Source of the DNA: Ministeria vibrans ATCC 50519
Lineage: Eukaryota > Protista > Filasterea
Assembly (NCBI GenBank): GCA_943704425.1
Contig: CALSCP010002427.1
Span: 1-64,000 of the forward strand
Length of the DNA: 64,000 bases
Direction: 5' to 3'
Positions within the stretch are counted from its first letter, which is position 1. Each line of letters starts with the position of its first letter. The notes below the pieces were generated by a model. It was given only the letters and a program-made list of their open reading frames with translations, did no database searches and had not been told where the DNA came from. A program made the position numbers and the translations under genes. This document shows positions 1 to 9,322 of the stretch, piece by piece.

Positions 1-178
1 ACCCTAACCCTAACCCTAACCCTAACCCTAACCCTAACCCTAACCCTAACCCTAACCCTAACCCTAACCCTAACCCTAACCCTAACCCTAACCCTAACCC
101 TAAGAACAACCCTAACCCTAACCCTAAGAACAACCCTAACCCTAAGAACAACCCCCCCCTAACCCTAACCCTAACCCT
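1..178 (+). repeat. Telomeric repeat (CCCTAA)n, with variant CCCTAAGAACAA units in the proximal part
   Basis: Perfect CCCTAA array from about 1 to 103, then three units with a GAACAA insertion and a C-run. It lies at the start of the window. Confidence 0.98.
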
Positions 179-2008
179 CACGGGGACGAGCAGGCAGAAG
201 AGAAACAGGGCAACTGAGGTCGTAAGTTTGCGAGAGAACATACCGGCCTGGTCCAGGGCAAGCGTGTCAGGTAACGTAAATGCGCGGTTTAGTCTCTCCT
301 TTAAGGCCTGGCTTGCTGTTTGATGCGCGCTGCAGAGAGTCGGATGGGATGGAGAAAGAGAGAGAAAGAGAGAGAGAGAAGAGTCAGTTTCGACACGTTT
401 CCGCTTCAACTTCGCTACGGCCGTGTGACACGATTCCGGTCATAACAGACACTTTCAACCTTAATAAACAGACGAAGAACAACCCCGTACACCAATAACA
501 TGACCAGATGGGGTGGAAATGGTACAGAATTTCCACGCGGCATGAAAGAACCAACTCGAAACGAATACCACACAAAAAAAAAAGAGAGAGCGACATCATC
601 AATATTGCCCACACCACCCCCCACCGACCATCGCAAGCAGACACGACTCATAGACATACTCCAAGGGCGCGAAGAGAAGCGGTGAACGTCATGCAGAATT
701 TACAGGTGTCGGGGGTTTTTGTGTCCAGCCAGAAGAAACGAGAACGGCACCCAAACAAAAACCCCACTCTCCGCCTCAATCTCACCCCAGTAATATAGTA
801 CCACCACTACATGCAAACCCTGACGCCATGCGGCACCTATGAAAAATGGTCGCTGGTGTTTTCTTTGGGTTCAGCTGAACAGACGACGGACAGACGACTC
901 CCAGGACGACACGTTTTCATCTGCCCCACAGCACGATCGTTATCACTCTCACTCACAACAACACTAGGAAGAGTCAACTAACGTTTAAGGGTCGAAAGGT
1001 TCTTGGGCAGAGAGAAGAAAATGAAGATCAAACTGTTGCCCGTAATGGAATTCGATCACAGCCACACAAGCATCGCATGTTCTTCACGCAAGGGTCATGC
1101 TTTCACTCAACCACTGATATCCCCGTGCTTTCCAACACTCATGCTGTTACGGAGGTTGGTTTGAATGCAGAGGAGTAGTTTTTTCGAGAGCGATGAGAAG
1201 TCGAGTGTCTCTGTCTCTCTATCTGTTTTCTCTCCGTCAATCTCTGTCTCATTTTGTCGCTTAAACGAAACTTCTAAGGCAACATGAGAGCAGAGACAGT
1301 CAGCCTGACAGACACAGTCGCTATCCAGTGAGACACTGGTACGCCATAAGAATAAAAAGTAAGAAAGAAATAGGGAGGAAAGCGTTGTAATTAAAAGAAA
1401 TAGAAGAGATGAATTCCATTTGGAAAAAAAAACCTTTCTTCTTCTTTCGCTTCTCAAGGAGTCGGGGTCGCAATAGCAGCCATACACGCCGCCATACATG
1501 TCCCCTGAGCCGCAGAGCACACTACACCAACATCTGTAACTTTTCACGTGAGCACAGTTACGGAGTACGGAGGCAATATCAAAAATGTGGAACAGTCAAA
1601 AATGTGGAACAAAATTCTTTCTCGACTCGCGGAGTCGCTCGGTGTATTTCGAGGTTCAGATTGGAAGGAGGCATCGTAGTATGGTTGTTTGTGTGTAGTG
1701 GGCGACGCGTTCTGCCGCGTCGGTACGAAATGACTCGATGGTGGTGTCAGGGGGAAGTGGCCCCGACTCACTAATTAATCTGTCACACTCATTTCAAGTT
1801 ACAGAGTTTTTTCCCAGCATTTTCTTTTGCGCTCAAACCTCCACTGACCCCTCCAAACAACCCATTCGACACCTCCAGAGCTTATACACATTATATAATC
1901 ACTCTAGAGTCCCCTAATTAGAGGATTTAGGGCGGAACACCTGGACGCGAACGAGCAACACTGAGTCGGGGAGACGACTCGCCGTGCTCGGACCACGGAA
2001 GCGAGCAG

Positions 2009-2392
2009 ATGCAGAAGCAGGAGCATTTTGCGACGAGAGTGTGCGACTACGTCACCGAAAGTCGCGAGCGCAGAGAAATTTACCACTACGCGTCACGGCA
2101 CAACGTGACGCCCCTCCGCGGTGGAATAGGATTTCACATGGGGAGGAGTGTGTTCAAACTTACAAGTGTTCCGGGATTCAACAGCCTCCAAACAATCGAC
2201 AGCAGCCTCGAGATCAGGAACACGGCGCTCGTCTCCATCAACTTCCTCTCCAGCGTGACGTCCATTGGCACGACCACAAGCATCACGGGCAACACTCGCA
2301 TGGCCCTGTGCCAGTGTCTCCAAACAAACCTCCAAGCTGCCACAGCCGGGACAACTACCATCACCGACGTTGGCTCTCTCGAAGCGTGTTAG
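2009..2392 (+). pseudogene. Fragment or last exon of a receptor L-domain-like (beta-helical LRR) protein
   Basis: LTSVPGFNSLQTIDSSLEIRNTALVSINFLSSVTSIGTTTSITGN fits the LxxLxxIxGxLxIxxN L-domain pattern and is followed by a Cys cap. AATAAA lies at 2399-2404, just after the stop. The first ~50 aa do not look coding. Confidence 0.4.
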
Positions 2393-2541
2393 TAGTTGAA
2401 TAAAGACTGACGCAAACCTTTTCTCCTACTCTTCGTTTTCTTAATCATAAAACGAGTTGAAAAGAATTAGGAGGTGACGAAAATGAAAAGTGTAATAATT
2501 GAATCATTCATAAAGCAGAAGACGTGTTACATTTCTTAGGT

Positions 2542-3132
2542 TCAAGTTTGATACCCAATCACGACAACCGAAACGTCTGCAGTGAGGGCAGCAGGACTCC
2601 CTACATCTGGGGCGTAATACGCAAATATACCGCCGTAAGACATATCAACAACAACGCTGTCCGAATTGCCGCCCCCGCTGCTAACTGTTTTTACCGACAT
2701 AACGCGAGAATACCCAATGTCGTGCTCTGAACGGACGAAAATATAACCAACTGAAGCAACTGTGCGTGGTTGTTCGTAAGACAGACTAATCTGCATCGAT
2801 GTCGCGTTGTTGGGGACCACAAGAGATACATCGAAGAAACTTGGAGCAGACGCGTTGCCATTCACAAGCCCAAGATGAGAAGTCATTCTTGTCCAGCCAC
2901 CGGACACCGTGTTCGTAACACCACCACACTGACATGGTGTGGATTCGAGAACGTGTACCCGTTCGACAAGATCACGGAGTAGCGCCATCACATCCGTTTC
3001 GTTGATGAACACAGAGTTGTTTAGCCCGTCTGGGCGTAGGACGATGTTCCCATTTTCGTTGTAAATTTCAGCGACGTGCCCAACCACGCCGGGTGCCAGC
3101 AGTATGGCAAACAAGACATATACCAAATCCAT
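2542..3132 (-). CDS. Secreted 196-aa protein: signal peptide, cubilin-N-terminus-like trimerisation segment with short coiled coil, C-terminal beta-sandwich
   Basis: Single ORF with a hydrophobic N-terminus (MDLVYVLFAILLAPGVVG). GNIVLRPDGLNNSVFINETDVMALLRDLVERVHVLE resembles the cubilin NTD beta-rung plus heptad pattern. The C-terminus is beta-rich and the flanks are AT-rich. Confidence 0.75.
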   Translation of the reverse strand: MDLVYVLFAILLAPGVVGHVAEIYNENGNIVLRPDGLNNSVFINETDVMALLRDLVERVHVLESTPCQCGGVTNTVSGGWTRMTSHLGLVNGNASAPSFFDVSLVVPNNATSMQISLSYEQPRTVASVGYIFVRSEHDIGYSRVMSVKTVSSGGGNSDSVVVDMSYGGIFAYYAPDVGSPAALTADVSVVVIGYQT

Positions 3133-4418
3133 GATCTACGTGAAAATAAGAAAAATTTATTAGTGGAAAAAAACACATGGGCATGGTAAGAAGGCAAAGG
3201 ATGCGAAAAAAAAATCTGAGTAATGATAAATGCGAGTACAAAAATATAATAATAAATATGCGAGAACACCCGCCACGAAATATCTCCGTCTTCCGTCGCG
3301 TCACTGACATCGACACTCCACAGCGCCATGCTGCAACACCATAGCGGATTTGCAGGCGCTGGCGAGCAGGGCGAATGGGTTGGGTTGGTTCGAAAAATAA
3401 AAATAAAAGAGCATCTCTCACTCGAAGTCTCCGCCCTCTACCATCATACATCCTTCACCAACACACTAAACACATACACCCCCAACGTTGCGCCCACAGA
3501 AACGCCCCCATTTGCAGGGGTTAGCAGTGTTTCGTGTTGGTAGCATCACCAAAACAGGCACCAACGAACACCACACACACTCAACTGTACAACCCATACA
3601 CGTACTGTTCGGCTTTGTGTATTCGCAGAAGGCGGCACACTGAGAACTTAGAAAAGCAGTGAGTAGGAAATGGACCAGTTTGTGCACTGTGCAGAGCCTC
3701 TCAGTCGCCGCGATCACTTCAATTCACTGCTCTCGCCCCCGCCATAAACAGTCTCTACCAACTCACTCTAGCCACCAACGGAGGACGCCTGAGCGCCACC
3801 CCGGTCGACAGGCGCGTTCTTTTGCAATCCAAAGTCGAAGCGGACGCGTTTCTGTTGACCTTGCGGCGTCGCGCTTGCCTTGGGTCCACCCTTAAGTGCT
3901 TTGCTGGGATGAAGCTCGTGTCGCAGACGGTCCTTGGAGCGCGCAGCAAGTTGATCTGCGAGAATACACCAGGAGAAAGGAAAAAAAAACGTCGACCGAC
4001 GACCTCTCGGTCCCAGAAAAAAAAATCTGCACCCAGAGCAGGATTTACTGCCACACGTCTTGCCTGCACCGACTATTGCCGGTGGGCAGCAAACTATCGC
4101 AGCGTCCTTCGCTGCCGTTCGTGCGGCATCAACACGAAAGCACACCACCGACCTTCCTCGCGTAGGCACGGTCCAGCGGCCTGCGACCCATGCCATCCGA
4201 GTCTTACGCGACCATGCGCCGTCTTTTAGTTGCTCTCTTGAGTGAGTGTTGGGCTCCCAAAATGGTCAAACGACCGACTTTTGCTGACCTCTCTCATCGT
4301 CTCCAGTCTGTCATTGTAAGAGGAGAGTGCGTGAGAGAGAGAGAGTGAGAAGAAAGCGTACAGGGAGTCCAGGGTGTCCGGGGTACTTTCAGAGTCTCAC
4401 TATCACGCTCACTCTCCC

Positions 4419-4478
4419 AGATTCGCTCAGATTCGTTCAGATTCGTTCAGATTCGCTCAGATTCGCACGTAGATTCGC
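4419..4478 (+). repeat. Tandem 10-bp repeat AGATTCGYTC (about 5-6 units, degenerating at the 3' end)
   Basis: Sequence reads ag attcgctcag attcgttcag attcgttcag attcgctcag attcgcacgt agattcgc. Confidence 0.9.
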
Positions 4479-4613
4479 GCACTTCGGGGAGTGTTTCTGG
4501 TATTTTCCATTGCAAACATCATCTATAATGTCTTTTGGGCGTTTACAATAGAAGCATAGTAAGAGATAAACGATGGGCAGCGTGAGCTCATCTTCAGTCT
4601 GCTCGAGAGCGGC

Positions 4614-6245
4614 ATGCCCTCCGACGAAGCGTGGTCGCCTGTGCCGCCGGCCACCGTGACCCAGGCCGCTGTTCTCTTTCCGATGGCGCTCGTTCCGCGT
4701 GGTCTCTTTGGGCGTCTGCAACGCGTTCTGCACGAGCGCAGCCAAGTGGCGGGGCGGCTGTTCTTCCGTGACGACACGGTCGTACTAATGCGAGATCCTC
4801 AGCAGCACCGGGTTCGTGTGCAGTGTGTGCCTGAGCGCGGTGGCATCATGCTGACGGTACGCGGCGCGGCGGCACTCTCGTACATCGATCCCCTCGCACA
4901 GGAGCTCACGCGGCTCTTGGACAGTGTGACACCGCAGTGGCTCTGTCCCGTGTGCGTGTGCTACAACCGCTTCTGGCCGGCTATGCTTCCCAACGAGTTT
5001 GTCTCGGCAGTGCAGGCAGACTCTGATGCATGCGCTGTGGACTGCCAGTTTGGGCATACGGTTACGCTCAGCGGCATGCAGAGCGGACATGCGGGCAAGG
5101 TGGATCGCAACCAAGCAGTGGCAGCGCAGGGACCGCGCCATCTCGTCATTCTGCCCGACGAGCGCGGGTTCGACCTGTGGCAGCTCGAGTGGTGGGCTCG
5201 TTCCTCCAAGCTGCGACTCTATGTGCTCTGTGACCACCCGACGGGCTGCCACTTTGTGCGCGACAGTGTCGGCATTCCGATCAGCAAACCTCTCAAACTC
5301 GTCGAGAAGTATGGCAAGCGGATTGGCGCGACTCTGCGTGCTCTGGAGCTGCTGTCCAAGGCGGCGCAGAAGATACCCGACCCGCATGTGCAGGCGGTGG
5401 CGGGTGCTGTGGTGCCCGTGCTAGGGGGCATGGCGAAGATTCTGGATCGCCTTGGAAAGGACCCGGCACTCAAGTTTGACGAATTGCGGAAGTTGATGGA
5501 CGTGAGTGGGGTACCTGAGGAGACGGACGGACTGGACGCAAGCGCGCAGCAGCAGCTGGCCAAGTACCTGCGCATTGCCGAGGGGGAGGATGTGTACAAG
5601 GGACTGGAGCCGGTGATGGAGGACAGTGGCTTTGTGCGGTGGATGTGCCAGGAGCATGCGAGTCAGACAAAGCGTGCGACTCAGGCGACTGCGGTAGGAT
5701 AACGCATAATCATTCTGGTGATAATACAATCTCTCTTTTGTAGAGTCGTGATGAGAGACCTGTGATGCCGCAAGCGACTGTGCCAGCCAAGTTGGACAAC
5801 GCAGTCCCGCTCGAGACGACGCAGACACACTCCCTGTCGCGTGAGTCTCCTCCACTGCCGCCTTCTATCTCGTCCAAGGCCGTGGTTCCTCCCTCGTCGT
5901 CCACTCCGCCTTCCCATCCCCGGGACCCCGCCTTGTCTGCCCCGAACACAGCAACTGATGGTACACAAAGACTGCTCACAAATTCATCGACTCATCATGG
6001 TCTCCTTCCCCTCAGATACTGTCGTCTGTCGCTTTGTGTGTCCGTCCGTTGGCATTGATGCGCCAGTGTGTGCGTCTGTCGAGGCGGACTTCACCAAGGT
6101 CGAGTGTCTTGACCTGCTCGCGGACCTCCTTGGTGTGCCCGTGGAAAGGATTGTGCGGGTCGTCAACAGAGCGGGCGTGACTGTGCTCGTGCCCCGTGCC
6201 ATTCTCAAGCATCCCGAAGACCTATACACTGTCATTCTTAAATGA
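4614..6245 (+). CDS. N-terminally truncated Roco-family protein: COR C-terminal half, conserved post-COR region, Pro/Ser linker, ubiquitin-like C-terminal domain. Exons 4614-5693, 5744-5960, 6016-6245
   Basis: VPRGLFGRL (COR), CPVC...CQFGH, PRHLVILP...RLYVLCDHPTGCH and YKGLEPV...GFVRWMCQEH are typical of Roco C-termini. Two GT-AG introns (5694-5743 phase 0, 5961-6015 phase 1) join three ORFs in frame. The frame is open back to 4563, but no LRR or Roc GTPase is visible upstream. Confidence 0.7.
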
Positions 6246-6722
6246 CATGCGTCTGTGTGAGTATATATATGCAATTCTCATCTAAACTTTTCCACTTTTT
6301 TTTTAATTAAACTTTCAAGTGACTTTCATTGATACAAGCCACATAAAATGAAAATGTATTATTACCGTTCTTCTATCACCCTTACGACAACCTCACTACA
6401 TAGCGACTGTCTAAAGCATATGTGCAAATTTTTAGATAAAATCAAGAGGCGTCTCAGCGGTGGGAATAGTCACTTGCCTGGGTGACTGAGCCTACATGCA
6501 AGTCTCACGGAATATCTGCTTCGGCCCATGCGGGGGTGGAGCTTCGGATGGCTAGATTGTCTTGTAAAGCAAATAACAGCGCGCGAGACATTGTGTCAAG
6601 TTGAATATTCTTGTACAAGGCGACTAGGAAAAAAGTCAACATGATCCTCGTTACGACACAATTTCGCACGAACGTTGTTCGCCTGACCTAAGACGCTGCA
6701 CGGCACTCACAAACGGTGAAAT

Positions 6723-6870
6723 GCTGGATTGAAAAAATTGGGATTCGAACGGGCTCATCAAACCCAAAAATTGTGGGCTCGTCTAAATCCGGGTGCAAAA
6801 ATTGAGATTCGAACGGGCAGCTGGATTTAAAGTATGGATTCTAGGATTACTAAAAAATTGTGGATTCTGA
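6723..6870. repeat. Degenerate direct-repeat cluster AAAAATTG(G/A)GATTCGAACGGGC containing B-box-like GTTCGAATC on the minus strand
   Basis: Near-identical 22-mers at 6733-6754 and 6797-6818. Partial AAAAATTGTGG copies at 6766 and 6853. GCTGGATT at 6723 and 6820. Confidence 0.7.
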
Positions 6871-7028
6871 TTTTTCCTCAGGTTCAGGTCAGTTTTTTTG
6901 AAAATTTTAATAATAGTGAATAATTATTATGAATTTGGGAGGGAGTCCAAGGAAGTAACAACAAAATTAAAAGTTGAATTCAACCCCCCCCCCCCCCAAC
7001 TGCACACCTCTACTTAGGTTTAAAGATG

Positions 7029-8159
7029 TTATTGGAATTGATGAACTGGCGGTGCAGAGCGTTTGACCGGTGGCGTTATGGAGTTGATCGAGAGCGTGCG
7101 TGCGTCGAGGGAGGAGCCCCATACGGCGAGGAAGCGTGCACGGTAGGCCGCAATCTGCTCGCGAATGTCGGCGTCTGTCGTCGACGTTGCGAGGAGCATG
7201 AGAATGCACGCGAGCGTGATCGTCGCGTCGTCGTCTGCGATCTGGCGGAAGAAGCCCCCGAGTGCGCGGCACGAGATAGCGGCTCCTCCGCGACCGGCCA
7301 TGAGCATGACACCGAGAGCGAGGCATGTCGGGTGTGCGAGGAGGATGAGGATGGCAAAGTAGGAGATGAGGAGGACGACGCGGCCCTTGAGAGGCCCGTA
7401 GTGGCTCCGGAAGAGGGCCGTCGACTCCTCGCAGTGCTCGCGCTCCTCGGCAAAGTGCCAGAGGAAGATCTTGCAAAGGGCCTTGGACCGCGCGCCGACG
7501 CCGCGCCCACTCGGGTCAAAAACCGTGAATAGCTTCTCGATACTCGTCGAGTAGTAGAGCGAGTGCTCAAAGTTGGCGACCATGCCCATGATGACCCACG
7601 GCGCACACTTTTTCAGGACGAGGACCTGCCACGAGATGAGCGTCTCGAGCGCCTCAAACGCGCACGTTCCCGCCGCCGTCCGCGAGAGGTGAGCACGATT
7701 AAACTTGGCGTGCACGTATGCATGGGTCCTCTCCTGCGGCGAGAGAATGAAGCCGTTAGCCTTATCCGGATCGACGAGGGCGTCGATGAAGAGGACTGAA
7801 GACTCGTAAGGGACGATGATTGCCGAGAGGGCCGACCAGTAGCACGTCTCCCAATCGTCGAAAATCATCGCCTCCTGAACATGCACGACGCCGTCCGGAA
7901 GTTCAACGCCGGCGTGCGGATCGTATGAAATCCGACGCACGTGGCCGGCCGGCATTGTCGCAGGCGTCCACGTCAGCTTGCCGAGGCGTGACGAAGCGAG
8001 CGAGAGGAAGGTAAAGAGAAAACGGGCAAAAAGTGACCAAAAAAAAATTGACGAAATGACTCCGCTCCATGCTTCTGCTCGTTCGAGAGACGTGACAAGG
8101 GAGAGAGGGTAGAAACTCGCCACGCCAATGACGAGGCTGAGGAGCCAGGAGATGAACAT
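7029..8159 (-). CDS. Membrane-associated PF10118-like 'predicted metal-dependent hydrolase' (ferritin-like di-metal fold), intronless
   Basis: Ordered motifs WSALSAIIVPYE, QERTHAYVHAKFN (ExxHxxxH), ANFEH and LWHFAEEREH (WHxxEExEH) match this family. Hydrophobic segments lie at the N- and C-termini. Confidence 0.8.
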   Translation of the reverse strand: MFISWLLSLVIGVASFYPLSLVTSLERAEAWSGVISSIFFWSLFARFLFTFLSLASSRLGKLTWTPATMPAGHVRRISYDPHAGVELPDGVVHVQEAMIFDDWETCYWSALSAIIVPYESSVLFIDALVDPDKANGFILSPQERTHAYVHAKFNRAHLSRTAAGTCAFEALETLISWQVLVLKKCAPWVIMGMVANFEHSLYYSTSIEKLFTVFDPSGRGVGARSKALCKIFLWHFAEEREHCEESTALFRSHYGPLKGRVVLLISYFAILILLAHPTCLALGVMLMAGRGGAAISCRALGGFFRQIADDDATITLACILMLLATSTTDADIREQIAAYRARFLAVWGSSLDARTLSINSITPPVKRSAPPVHQFQ

Positions 8160-8477
8160 CGTGTGAAGTGATGAAATAGGAAAATAACTAGTAGAAGATT
8201 AAATACAGTCACTACACAGTCACCAGGCGAAGACACAGCCAGACCGCCTTGCAAACTCAACCGAAACTCTAGAGGTATTGAGGTAACATGGGAGAACAGT
8301 GGCAGGTCATAGTGGCGAGTGAGTGAGTGATAGTGCTGTGTCGTCGCTATCCAGTGAAGCAATCGCAATGGTACGCCATACCGTGTGGAGGCTTAGGGCT
8401 CTGACTAACTCGAAATAGATTTACAATTTAACAAACGAAAAGCGACAGCACCAAGAAGAAGAAGAAGACAATTTCAG

Positions 8478-8701
8478 GCGTCTTTTGACTGGCCATCAGC
8501 CAACCTGTCTCCGCTCCCTGATCCCTCTCGACTCTCCCGTAGGCCGTAGCTTAGAAAGTGGTTCTGAGCTGTTTGTGTCGCTAAATAAAGTCGCTTTTCG
8601 TTCGCTTTTTTTGTGATTGATAATAAATTATTGAAGAAGTGTCTTACGGGAGCGTCAAGACAGGTTGGGGACAGGTTGGCTGATGGCCAGACAAGTGACG
8701 C
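8478..8701. mobile_element. MITE-like or hairpin element with 32-bp terminal inverted repeats
   Basis: 8489-8509 (ctggccatcagccaacctgtc) is the perfect reverse complement of 8670-8690. The match extends to 8478-8509/8670-8701 at 29/32. An inner IR is ctcccgta (8534-8541)/tacgggag (8645-8652). The core is AT-rich and no TSD is seen. Confidence 0.5.
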
Positions 8702-9039
8702 GATAGGCACCAGATACACCATCCTGATTCCTGAGAGGGACATAAGGCTCTGCCAGCACAAAGGCTGACACTAGCAGTCAGCACAAGTGCTGGGCCTCAC
8801 TGCTGGCGCTCTGGCGGGGAGTTCGCGGGGAGAACGAGCTCCGCCGCCGACGAAGTTATCACGAAGATCAATCACTTCTCAATCACATCTTCTCATTTTT
8901 TAACAAAAAAATGTTTACTTTACTAACTGAAGTTCGCTGCGCGGCTAGTATAGTGTGACGTGTGTCTGTACTGTATAGTGCATAGTGCCTATCAAATAGG
9001 GTCTCCCTGATTTTTGCGATAAAGAAATAATAATTATTG

Positions 9040-9041
<2 letters not shown>

Positions 9042-9131
<90 letters not shown>
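9042..9131 (+). repeat. (CT)n microsatellite
   Basis: About 45 perfect TC/CT units. Confidence 0.98.
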
Positions 9132-9132
<1 letters not shown>

Positions 9133-9322
9133 AGCCCCTTCATTAAAGGCCTCCTTCTTTACCAGCGCACGTCAACTGTCGAGTTCACTACAGTTTTTTA
9201 TCAATACTATCTATGATCGCCCCTCCATTCTCTATTATTAATAATTATTATTATTGTAATAACTCTATATTCTTCTTCTTCTATAATATTATATGTATTT
9301 GTGAGGTGCATATGGAGTAAAA

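Noticed and set aside
181-1900. Short ORFs in telomere-adjacent DNA and a ~15-bp tandem duplication at about 1580-1611
   Set aside because: There are no protein motifs and no RT or transposase signature. Treated as non-coding subtelomeric sequence.
3466-4245. Cys-rich short ORFs (CMGCTVECVWC PSI-like; YCHTSCL RING-like) and splice-like signals
   Set aside because: The motifs are too short and I could not assemble a consistent spliced frame. This may be a gene relic, but it is unsupported.
4528-4551. Mini-ORF MSFGRLQ* resembling LFGRLQ at about 4704-4721
   Set aside because: The match is about 15 nt and could be chance. It is not enough to claim a duplication or uORF function.
6733-6818. tRNA genes suggested by GTTCGAATC
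   Set aside because: There is no paired T-stem, D-arm/A-box or acceptor stem. Kept only as B-box-like repeats.
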